A DNA stretch of 32,000 nt from Paracoccus suum. GTDB lineage: Bacteria; Pseudomonadota; Alphaproteobacteria; Rhodobacterales; Rhodobacteraceae. Below the pieces are notes generated by a model that was not told the origin of the DNA, made no database searches, and saw only the letters and a program-made list of their open reading frames with translations. The DNA lies in contig NZ_CP030918.1 of the NCBI RefSeq assembly GCF_003324675.1, positions 2,280,001 to 2,312,000 on the forward strand, written 5' to 3'. Positions 24,058-32,000 of the stretch are shown in pieces. Every line of letters starts with the position of its first letter. Within the stretch, counting starts at the first letter, position 1. Position numbers and translations under genes: made by a program.

Positions 24058-24894
24058 ATGTCCTTTCTCGGCCGCTTTGCCGCCAACCGCGGCGCCTTGA
24101 TCGGCGCGCTGATCCTGCTCGCGGTCATCGCCATCACGGTGCTGGCGCCGGTGATCTATCCGGGCAACCCGTGGCAGGGGGTCGCGCGCCCAATGCTGGG
24201 CCCGTTCGTCGATGCCGCTTATCCCCTGGGGACCGACATGCTGGGCCGCGACATCGCTGCCGGCATCGCCCATGGCGCGCGCGTCTCGCTGCTGGTCGGG
24301 CTGGTCTCGACCGCGGTTGCGGTGCTGATCGGGGTCACCCTGGGCGCGGTGTCGGGCTTTTACGGTGGCTGGGTGGACGACGGGTTGATGCGGTTTACCG
24401 AGTTCTTCCAGACCATTCCCGCCTTTGCCATGGCGGTCGTTCTGGTTGCGATCTTTTCGCCGACCTTGACCTCTATCACGCTCGCCATCGCCATCGTCTC
24501 CTGGCCGCCGGTGGCGCGGCTGGTACGGGCCGAGTTCATGAGCCTGCGCTCGCGCGAGTTCGTCGAGGCCGCGGTCACCATCGGCCAGACCGGCCCCCGC
24601 ATCATCTGGAGCCAGATCCTGCCGAACGTGATGTCCCCCATCATCGTCACCGGCTCGCTGATGGTGGCGACCGCCATCCTGACCGAAAGCTCGCTGTCGT
24701 TCCTCGGCCTCGGCGATCGCAATGCGATGAGTTGGGGTTACCAGATCGGCGCCGCGCGCACGATGCTGCGGCAGGCCTGGTGGATGAGCGCTTTTCCCGG
24801 GATTGCAATTCTGCTGACCGTCCTCGCCATCAACCTCATCGGTGAGGGCATCAACGATGCCATGAACCCGCATCTGCGCGGACGGAGGTCTTGA
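24058..24894 (+). CDS. ABC transporter permease (DppC/OppC-like)
   Basis: GTDMLGRDIAAGIAHGARVSLLVG and SREFVEAAVTIGQTGPRIIWSQILPNVMSP are typical of DppC-type permeases. RBS AAGGAGG. Confidence 0.88.
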   Translation: MSFLGRFAANRGALIGALILLAVIAITVLAPVIYPGNPWQGVARPMLGPFVDAAYPLGTDMLGRDIAAGIAHGARVSLLVGLVSTAVAVLIGVTLGAVSGFYGGWVDDGLMRFTEFFQTIPAFAMAVVLVAIFSPTLTSITLAIAIVSWPPVARLVRAEFMSLRSREFVEAAVTIGQTGPRIIWSQILPNVMSPIIVTGSLMVATAILTESSLSFLGLGDRNAMSWGYQIGAARTMLRQAWWMSAFPGIAILLTVLAINLIGEGINDAMNPHLRGRRS

Positions 24895-24896
24895 GC

Positions 24897-26540
24897 ATGA
24901 CGCGCGATGTCCTTTTGTCGGTTCGCAACCTGACCATTCCCCTGCCCCCCGGCCTCGACCGGGTCAACGCCGTCGAGGATGTCAGCTACGATCTGAACAA
25001 CGGCGAGATCCTTTGCATCGTCGGCGAAAGCGGCTCGGGCAAGTCGATGACCGCCAACGCCATCATGGGCCTGTTGCCGCCCCACCTGCGACCGACGCAG
25101 GGCCAGATCCTGTTGCAGGGCAAGGACCTGCTGACCATGCCCGAGCCGCAGTTGCGCGACCTGCGCGGCCGGGCGATGGGCATGATCTTTCAGGAGCCGC
25201 TGTCCGCACTGAACCCGCTGATGCGTGTCGGCGACCAGCTGTCCGAGGTGATGGAAGTCCACCATGTCGGCGATGCCGCCACGCGCGAGCGGCGCGTGCT
25301 GGAGCTGCTGGACCTCGTCGGCTTGCCCGATCCCGCGACCCTGCGCCACGTCTACCCGTTCCGCCTGTCGGGCGGTCAGCGGCAGCGCGTGATGATCGCC
25401 ATGGCCCTCGCGCTCGAGCCGGTGATGCTGATCGCGGACGAGCCGACGACCGCGCTGGACGTGACGACCCAGGCCCAGATCCTGGAGCTGATCGCGCGCA
25501 TCCAGCGCAGCAAGGGGATGGGCGTGATGTTCATCACCCATGATTTTGGCGTCGTGGCCGAGATCGCGGACCGCGTCGTCGTCATGCAGCATGGCCGCCT
25601 GGTCGAGCAGGGACCGGCGGCCGAGGTCCTGAATGCGCCCCGACATCCCTATACCCGGCGCCTGATCGCCGCCGTGCCCAGCCGCAGCGCGGGGGACACC
25701 CGGCAAAGCCATGCCGGCACCCCGCTTTTGCAGGTCAGCGGGCTGCGCAAGACCTATCGCACCGGCGGCGGGTTGTTCGGCAAGGCGCGCGTGGTCCATG
25801 CGGTGCGCGACGTCAGCTTCAACGTTGCCCGCGGCGAGACCTTGGGCATCGTGGGCGAAAGCGGGTCGGGCAAGTCCACCGTCGGCCGCTGCCTGTTGAA
25901 GCTGATCCCGGTGGACGGCGGCAGCATGCGCTTTCAGGGCGAGGACATCGTGCCCCTGTCACCGCAGGCGTTTCGGCCGCGCCGGCGACATTTGCAGATG
26001 ATCTTTCAGGACCCGTTCGCCTCGCTGAACCCGCGCCAGACTATCGGTCGCATCCTGTCCGACGCGCAGGTGGCGAACGGCGTCGCCCGCAGCGATGCCG
26101 AAGCCAAGGCGCGCGAGTTACTGCGCCTCGTCGGGCTGGAGCCCTCGGCCTTCGATCGCTACCCGAGCGAGTTTTCCGGCGGGCAGCGCCAGCGGGTCGG
26201 CATCGCCCGCGCGCTGATGCTCGATCCGGAACTGATCGTCGCGGACGAGAGCGTCTCGGCCCTCGATGTGTCGGTGCAGGCGCAGGTGCTGGCCCTGCTG
26301 CGCGAGTTGCAGCAGCGGCTGAACCTGGCAATCATCTTCATCACGCATGACCTGCGGGTTGCGGCACAGGTCTGCGACCGCATCGCGGTGATGTACAAGG
26401 GCGAGATCGTCGAGGAGGGTCCGCCCTCGCAAGTGATCGACGCCCCCCGCCACCCCTATACACAAGGTCTGATCGCTGCCATTCCGGGGCGCGACTGGAC
26501 GCCGCCCATGACGGGTGTCCCGCTGGAGGCCGAAGTTTGA
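24897..26540 (+). CDS. Fused double-NBD ABC transporter ATP-binding protein (DppD-DppF-like)
   Basis: Two complete cassettes: GESGSGKS twice, LSGGQRQRV and FSGGQRQRV, and ADEPTTALD and [12 protein letters not shown] 24897 is preceded by GGAGG. The ORF-track TTG at 24891 is an alternative start. Confidence 0.9.
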   Translation: MTRDVLLSVRNLTIPLPPGLDRVNAVEDVSYDLNNGEILCIVGESGSGKSMTANAIMGLLPPHLRPTQGQILLQGKDLLTMPEPQLRDLRGRAMGMIFQEPLSALNPLMRVGDQLSEVMEVHHVGDAATRERRVLELLDLVGLPDPATLRHVYPFRLSGGQRQRVMIAMALALEPVMLIADEPTTALDVTTQAQILELIARIQRSKGMGVMFITHDFGVVAEIADRVVVMQHGRLVEQGPAAEVLNAPRHPYTRRLIAAVPSRSAGDTRQSHAGTPLLQVSGLRKTYRTGGGLFGKARVVHAVRDVSFNVARGETLGIVGESGSGKSTVGRCLLKLIPVDGGSMRFQGEDIVPLSPQAFRPRRRHLQMIFQDPFASLNPRQTIGRILSDAQVANGVARSDAEAKARELLRLVGLEPSAFDRYPSEFSGGQRQRVGIARALMLDPELIVADESVSALDVSVQAQVLALLRELQQRLNLAIIFITHDLRVAAQVCDRIAVMYKGEIVEEGPPSQVIDAPRHPYTQGLIAAIPGRDWTPPMTGVPLEAEV

Positions 26541-27586
26541 AAGCATTCTACCATCCCAACCAAGCGCTCCACGATCCGCAGCAATTCATGCGACTTGGGG
26601 TGCTGGCCGCACCGACCGACCTGCCCGAGCGCACGACGCGCCTGCTGGACGCGCTGGCGCGGCACGACATCACGCCCGAGGCGCCCGAGGGCGACGGGCG
26701 GGCCGCGGCGGCGCGCGTTCATCCAGAGCATTACCTCGCCTTTCTTGAGACCGCCTACCGCCGCTGGCGCGAGTTGCCGGGCGCGGGGCCTGAGGTGCTG
26801 CCCAACGTCTCGCCCTATTGGAATGGCGCCCCCGATCGGGACGCGCGCCCGCCGTGCCCCTCGCCGCTGGTCGTGGCGCAGGCCTGCTGGTATCTGGGAG
26901 ACGGCGCTGTGCCGATCGGGCCGAACACCCATGTCTCGGCCTTCCGCTCGGCGGCCTCGGCCGAGGCCGCGGCGGCCTATGTGGCCCAGACAGGGGGCGC
27001 GGCCTACGCGCTCTGCCGTCCTTCCGGCCACCACTGCCGGACCGACCGGGCCACCGGCTTTTGCTACGTGAACAACGCCGCCGTGGCTGTCTCGCGCCTG
27101 CGCGAGCGGTTCGGCCGCGTGGCGACGCTGGATGTGGACGCCCATCACGGCGACGGCACGCAGGAGATATTTTACCGCCGCAACGATGTGACGACCGTCT
27201 CTGTCCACGTCGATCCGGCGGCCTATTATCCTTACTTCATTGGCTATGCCCAGGAACGCGGCCATGGCGCGGGCGAGGGATCAAACCTGAACCTGCCAGT
27301 CCCCCCGGGCTCTGGCGATGCCGAATTCCTGGCGGCAACCGAGCGTGGCTTGGCCGAGATCGCGGCGTCGGGCGCCGAGGCACTGGTCCTGTCGCTTGGC
27401 TATGACGCGCATAAGGATGACCCGCTGGGCGCGCTGAAGGTGACGACGGAAGCCTTCCGCGAAATCGGCGCGATGGTCCGGCGCGCCGGCCTGCCGACGG
27501 TCATCGTGCAGGAAGGCGGCTATGCCATCGACGCGATTGGCGGCTGCCTCGATGCGTTCCTCGACGGTTTCGAGGGCGTGGCGTGA
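26537..27586 (+). CDS. Histone deacetylase-family amidohydrolase (acetylpolyamine amidohydrolase/AcuC-like), TTG start
   Basis: Catalytic blocks are present: RPSGHH, DVDAHHGDGTQEIF, SLGYDAHKDDPLG, QEGGY. TTG 26537 overlaps the upstream TGA (TTGA), with GGAGG 7 nt upstream. Confidence 0.88.
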   Translation: MKAFYHPNQALHDPQQFMRLGVLAAPTDLPERTTRLLDALARHDITPEAPEGDGRAAAARVHPEHYLAFLETAYRRWRELPGAGPEVLPNVSPYWNGAPDRDARPPCPSPLVVAQACWYLGDGAVPIGPNTHVSAFRSAASAEAAAAYVAQTGGAAYALCRPSGHHCRTDRATGFCYVNNAAVAVSRLRERFGRVATLDVDAHHGDGTQEIFYRRNDVTTVSVHVDPAAYYPYFIGYAQERGHGAGEGSNLNLPVPPGSGDAEFLAATERGLAEIAASGAEALVLSLGYDAHKDDPLGALKVTTEAFREIGAMVRRAGLPTVIVQEGGYAIDAIGGCLDAFLDGFEGVA

Positions 27587-28599
27587 GCGAATGGACGGCC
27601 GACCGGGCCGAGGAACTTGCCGCCGAGGTCTGGGGCGTCCGCGGCAGGGCGCGGCCCTTGGCGTCCGAACGGGACGAGAATTTCCGCATCGACCCAGCCG
27701 ATGGCGGCACGCCCCAGGTGCTGAAGATCACCCATCCCGACGAGGACCCAGCCATCGCCGCTTTCCAGAGCGAGGCCTTGGTCCATGCCCGCACGGTCGA
27801 TCCGAGCCTGCCAGTGCCAAGCGTGTTGCCAACGCTTTCCGGCGCCGCTTGGCACCGGCTGGACGGCGCGCGTCCGCGCATTGCGCGCATGGTCGGCTGG
27901 CTGGATGGCTCGCCCCTGGCGGATGCGCCAGTGTCGGCATCCTTCCGCGACGCGCTGGGAGGGTTGATCGCCCGGCTTGACCTGGCGTTGGCCGGGTTTG
28001 CGGGCGAGGCGCCCCGGCACGACAATTTTGTCTGGGACCTGTCGCAAGCGGCCAACCTGCGCGCATTGCTGAAGCATGTTCCCGACGGCGAGGCACGCGC
28101 CATGGCTGCGCGGGCGCTGGACTTCTTCGTGGACGAGGTCGAGCCGCGCCTTGGCTCGCTGCGCCGGCAGGTGATCCACAACGACATGAATCCGCACAAC
28201 GTGCTGATCGACCGCGCCACCCCCCAGCAACCGTCAGCGATCATCGACTTTGGCGACATGGTCGAGGGACCGCTGGTTAACGAGCTTGGCATCGCCCTGG
28301 CCTATCAGCCGGTCGGCGGCCCCGACCCGCTGGCCGCCATGGCCGACTTGCTGGGCGGCTATGCCCGCAGGCTGCCGCTGCTGCCGGCCGAGATTGAGGT
28401 CCTGCCGGGCCTGATCGCCGCCCGCCGGGCGACCACCGTGGTCGTCTCCTCCTGGCGCGCCGCCAGCGAGCCGCGGAACAGCGCCTACTTGCTGCGCAAC
28501 ATGCCAGGGGCGGTCGCGGGCTTGTCCGCCTTTGCCACCATTGGGCCGGGCGCGGTCGCAGCGCGCCTTGCCGCCGCCACAGGGGAAGATCGCCCATGA
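27583..28599 (+). CDS. Aminoglycoside-phosphotransferase-fold small-molecule kinase (hydroxylysine kinase / homoserine kinase II-like), GTG start
   Basis: Catalytic loop VIHNDMNPHNVLID (HxDxxxxN) and metal-binding IIDFGDM. GTGA overlap with the deacetylase stop and ATGA overlap with the next gene. Confidence 0.8.
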   Translation: MSEWTADRAEELAAEVWGVRGRARPLASERDENFRIDPADGGTPQVLKITHPDEDPAIAAFQSEALVHARTVDPSLPVPSVLPTLSGAAWHRLDGARPRIARMVGWLDGSPLADAPVSASFRDALGGLIARLDLALAGFAGEAPRHDNFVWDLSQAANLRALLKHVPDGEARAMAARALDFFVDEVEPRLGSLRRQVIHNDMNPHNVLIDRATPQQPSAIIDFGDMVEGPLVNELGIALAYQPVGGPDPLAAMADLLGGYARRLPLLPAEIEVLPGLIAARRATTVVVSSWRAASEPRNSAYLLRNMPGAVAGLSAFATIGPGAVAARLAAATGEDRP

Positions 28600-29894
28600 G
28601 CATGCCGAACGCGTTCGATCCGCACAAAGCCACCGCGCTTTCCGAGGGCGACCGCGCCCTGGTCGCCCGCCGCACCGCGGCGCTGGGCGCGGCCTATCGC
28701 CTGTTCTATGCCGAGCCGCTGCACCCGGTCCGGGGCGAGGGGGTCTGGCTGTGGGATGCCGAGGGGCGGCGCTATCTCGATGCCTACAACAATGTCGCCT
28801 GTGTCGGGCATTGCCACCCGCGCGTCGTGGCAGCGATGGCCGAGCAGGCGGCGGTCCTGAACACCCACACCCGCTACCTGCACCCGCTGGTGGTGGATTA
28901 CGCAGAGCGTGTGCTGGCTACCGTCCCCGCGCCCCTGTCGAACGTGATGTTCACCTGCACGGGCAGCGAGGCGAACGACCTCGCCATTCGCATCGCCCGA
29001 ACGGTGACCGGCGCGCAGGGCGTGATCGTGACCGATTACGCTTATCATGGCGTCACCGAGAGCCTGGCCGAGATGTCGCCCGCGCTCGGGCCTCATGTCG
29101 CACCGGGTCCGCGCGTGCGCACCGTTCCCGCCCCCGACCCGACTGCCGCCGATCCCGCAGGCCAGTTCGCCGAAGGGGTGCGCGCTGCGATTGCCAGCCT
29201 TGCCGAGGCGGGGCTGCAGCCGGCGGCGCTGCTGGTCGACACGATTTTCGCGAGCGACGGCATCCTGCCGGACCCGGCCGGCACGCTCGGCCCGGCCGCC
29301 GAGGCGATCCGCGCGGCAGGCGGCATCTTCATTGCCGACGAGGTGCAGGCGGGCTTTGGCCGCACCGGCGAAATGTGGGGCTTTTCGCGCCACGGGGTCG
29401 TCCCGGACATCGTCACGATGGGTAAACCCATGGGCAACGGCCACCCGGTCGCGGGACTGATCGCCCGCGCAGACCTGGTCGAGAGCTTCGGGCGGGACAT
29501 CCGATATTTCAATACTTTCGGGGGCAATCCTGTGTCGGCAGCCGTCGGGCTGGCCGTGCTCGACGTGCTGCGCGACGAGGAGCTGCCGCGCAATAGCGCC
29601 GACACCGGGGGGGTATTGGCGGGCCGCCTGCGGGATTTGGCATCGCGCCGGTCCGAACTGGGCGAGGTGCGGGCCGCCGGGCTTTATCTAGGCGTCGACG
29701 TGCGGACCGCGGATGGCTCACCGGACGGCGCGCGCGCCTCGGCCCTCGTCAACGGCATGCGCCGTCGCGGTGTTCTTATCAGTGCCGCTGGTCCCGCCGG
29801 TAACGTGCTGAAAATCCGTCCGCCGCTGCCCTTTGGCACGGAACATGCCGACATCCTTGTCGCGGCCCTTGAAGAATCACTCACCCAAGACTGA
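28596..29894 (+). CDS. Class III PLP-dependent aminotransferase-fold enzyme of the ETNPPL/PHYKPL (AGXT2L) phospho-lyase-like subgroup
   Basis: NNVACVGHCHPRVV, FTCTGSEANDLAIRIAR, DYAYHG, ADEVQAGFGRTG, VPDIVTMGKPMGNGHPVA (PLP Lys), YFNTFGGNPVSAAVGLAVLD and NVLKIRPPL closely mirror the blocks I recall from mammalian ethanolamine-phosphate phospho-lyase. Confidence 0.85.
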   Translation: MSMPNAFDPHKATALSEGDRALVARRTAALGAAYRLFYAEPLHPVRGEGVWLWDAEGRRYLDAYNNVACVGHCHPRVVAAMAEQAAVLNTHTRYLHPLVVDYAERVLATVPAPLSNVMFTCTGSEANDLAIRIARTVTGAQGVIVTDYAYHGVTESLAEMSPALGPHVAPGPRVRTVPAPDPTAADPAGQFAEGVRAAIASLAEAGLQPAALLVDTIFASDGILPDPAGTLGPAAEAIRAAGGIFIADEVQAGFGRTGEMWGFSRHGVVPDIVTMGKPMGNGHPVAGLIARADLVESFGRDIRYFNTFGGNPVSAAVGLAVLDVLRDEELPRNSADTGGVLAGRLRDLASRRSELGEVRAAGLYLGVDVRTADGSPDGARASALVNGMRRRGVLISAAGPAGNVLKIRPPLPFGTEHADILVAALEESLTQD

Positions 29895-29908
29895 CCGGAG
29901 ATATCCAG

Positions 29909-31459
29909 ATGAACGGCGCCGAAAGCCTGGTCCACACGCTGTTGAAATCAGGCATCGACACCTGCTTTGCCAACCCCGGCACAAGCGAGATGCACTTCGT
30001 CGCCGCCCTCGACCGCATCCCTGGCATGCATTGCGTGCTGGGCCTGCACGAGACGGTCGTGACCGGCATGGCGGATGGCTATGCCCGCATCGCCGGCAAG
30101 CCCGCCTGCACCCTGCTGCATTGCGGCCCGGGCCTTGCGAACGGCATTGCCAACCTGCACAACGCCCGGCGTGGCCGCAGCGGCATCGTCAATATCGTCG
30201 GCGACCAAGCGACCTATCACCGCCCGCTCGACGCGCCGCTGACCGCCGATACCGAGGCCCTGGCCCGCGTCGTCTCGGCCTGGGTCCGCACCACGCAGAC
30301 GCCGCAGGAAGTCGGGCGCGATACGGCCGAGGCAGTGCGCGCGGCGCGCACCCATCCGGGGCAGGTGGCAACGTTGATCCTGCCGGCCGACGCGTCCTGG
30401 GGCGATGGCGGCGAGGTTGCGGAGCCGCTGCCTGCGGCGGCGGCGCCGCCGGTCGACCCGGCCGCCGTCGATGGGGCCGCGCGTCTGCTCCGCGGTAAGG
30501 GCGAGGGCCGCACCCTGCTGCTGCTGGCGGCGGACGCCTTGCTGGGCGATGGGCCCTCGCTTGCTTACGGCATCGCCGCCGCCACCGGCGCGGATGTGAT
30601 GGCCCAGTTCCTGACGGGAAATCTGCAGCGCGGGCAGGGGCGTTGGCCGCTGGCGCGCGTGCCCTATACCGTCGAGGCCGCGCTCGAGGCCTTGGCGCCA
30701 TATGATCGGATCATCCAAGTCGGCGCGACCCCGCCGGTCAGCTTCTTCGGCTACCCCGGCAAGCCCTCGCAGATGTTCCCGCCGCAGGCGGTGCTGCATG
30801 TCCTCAGCCGCCCCGACCAAGACGGCATCGCGGCGCTACGTGCGCTCGCGGACGAGGTTGGCGCGACCGCCCTGCCGCCGCCGCAGTCGAACGCGGACAG
30901 CGCGCCCCTGCCGACAGGCGCGCCCCATGCGGAAGGGCTCGCGCGGGTTCTGGCAGCGTTGGTGCCAGAGGGTGGGATCATCTGCGAGGAGTCCGTGAGC
31001 TTCGGCGGAGGGACCGGCCCGGCCTACGATGCGGCGGCGCCGCACACCTGGATCTCGCTGACCGGCGGCGCCATCGGTGACGGCTTTCCGCTTGCCACAG
31101 GCGCCGCCATCGGCGCGGGCGGGCAGCGCCGCGTGATCTCGCTCCAGGCGGACGGCTCGGGCCTGTACTCGCTGCAGGCGCTCTGGACCCAGGCGCGCGA
31201 GCGGCTGCCTTGCACGACCATCGTCCTCGCCAATCGGCGCTACCAGATTTTGCTCGGCGAATATGCCGGCGTTGGTGCGAACCCGGGTCCGACCGCGATG
31301 GACATGCTGGACCTCGGCAACCCGGTCATAGACTGGATCGCGCTCGCCCGCGGCTTCGGGGTCGAGGCCGCGCGCACCGACACGTTGGAGGGCCTGGCCG
31401 ACCTGCTGCGCGCCAGCCTGCTGCGGGACGGGCCGTTCCTGATCGAACTGGTGATCTAA
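29909..31459 (+). CDS. Thiamine diphosphate-dependent enzyme, benzoylformate decarboxylase/acetolactate synthase-like (516 aa)
   Basis: N-terminal Pyr domain GIDTCFANPGTSEMHF...GMADGYARIAGKPACTLLHCGPGLANGIANLHNA. C-terminal ThDP motif LQADGSGLYSLQALWTQARERLPCTTIVLANRRY. Length and block order resemble BFD-type decarboxylases. Confidence 0.85.
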   Translation: MNGAESLVHTLLKSGIDTCFANPGTSEMHFVAALDRIPGMHCVLGLHETVVTGMADGYARIAGKPACTLLHCGPGLANGIANLHNARRGRSGIVNIVGDQATYHRPLDAPLTADTEALARVVSAWVRTTQTPQEVGRDTAEAVRAARTHPGQVATLILPADASWGDGGEVAEPLPAAAAPPVDPAAVDGAARLLRGKGEGRTLLLLAADALLGDGPSLAYGIAAATGADVMAQFLTGNLQRGQGRWPLARVPYTVEAALEALAPYDRIIQVGATPPVSFFGYPGKPSQMFPPQAVLHVLSRPDQDGIAALRALADEVGATALPPPQSNADSAPLPTGAPHAEGLARVLAALVPEGGIICEESVSFGGGTGPAYDAAAPHTWISLTGGAIGDGFPLATGAAIGAGGQRRVISLQADGSGLYSLQALWTQARERLPCTTIVLANRRYQILLGEYAGVGANPGPTAMDMLDLGNPVIDWIALARGFGVEAARTDTLEGLADLLRASLLRDGPFLIELVI

Positions 31460-31462
31460 ACC

Positions 31463-31524
31463 GCAGCAAGTCGAGGCGATCCGCTACTTGCTGCGACGCG
31501 GCGCCCGGCCCCAAGCGGCCGGGT
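31463..31524 (+). terminator. Two hairpins after the ThDP-enzyme gene (GCAGCAAGT-N14-ACTTGCTGC at 31463-31494; GCCCGGCC-N6-GGCCGGGT at 31503-31524)
   Basis: 9-bp perfect and 8-bp (one G-U) stems begin 4 nt after the stop. The only T-run (GTTTTGG) lies 13 nt further on, so terminator function is uncertain. Confidence 0.3.
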
Positions 31525-31663
31525 GCCCGCATGAGACGTTTTGGATCATTGCGTCCCGCCGCACTCCAAGGCAGAACCCGCGGGTTGCGCTGTGGCCGGC
31601 AGTCGCGACGCGCGCGGCCAGTCCCGCCTGGACGCCCCCTAATTCACGGCACCCAACCGCTGA

Positions 31664-32000
<337 letters not shown>

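Noticed and set aside
31647-31660. Sigma54-like element CGGCACCCAACCGC upstream of gdhA
   Set aside because: The GG-to-GC spacing is one nucleotide short of the GG-N10-GC rule, and the -12 region lacks TTGC.

Overview
High-GC (about 65-70%) alphaproteobacterial chromosome segment. The phaC-phaP-phaR gene order suggests a Paracoccus/Rhodobacteraceae-like organism, but that is inference only. The window is densely coding, and many neighbouring genes overlap by 1-4 nt at their stop/start codons. Contents in order: (1) 3' end of PHA synthase phaC, phasin phaP with twin CTGC-N3-GCAG PhaR operators, and the repressor phaR. (2) tRNA-Ser(GGA). (3) A minus-strand locus with a signal-peptide DmpA/BapA-like S58 aminopeptidase, a five-gene LIV-type (HAAT) ABC importer, an M81/MlrC-like peptidase and a GntR/FadR-type regulator. 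(4) A 560-bp GC-rich gap with no credible ORF but notable RNA-like pairing potential. (5) A minus-strand eight-gene operon: cyclic amidohydrolase, candidate 59-aa sORF, flavin reductase, hydantoin-racemase-like protein, FAD-linked oxidase, DHDPS-family protein, SDR and VOC protein. It is divergent from a LysR regulator with two T-N11-A boxes. (6) A polar-amino-acid ABC transporter. (7) A nine-gene plus-strand operon: peptide-type ABC importer, HDAC-type deacetylase, hydroxylysine-kinase-like phosphotransferase, ETNPPL/PHYKPL-like class III PLP enzyme and a benzoylformate-decarboxylase-like ThDP enzyme. (8) 5' end of gdhA. I saw no mobile elements, CRISPR arrays, rRNA or recognisable defence genes. 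The most interesting content is the deacetylase-kinase-phospholyase-ThDP operon (an unassigned catabolic route), the LysR-controlled amidohydrolase/racemase operon with an atypical metal motif and a coupled sORF, and the unexplained structured spacer at 10.1-10.7 kb. All functional calls rest on motif and family recognition by eye. No database search was run.
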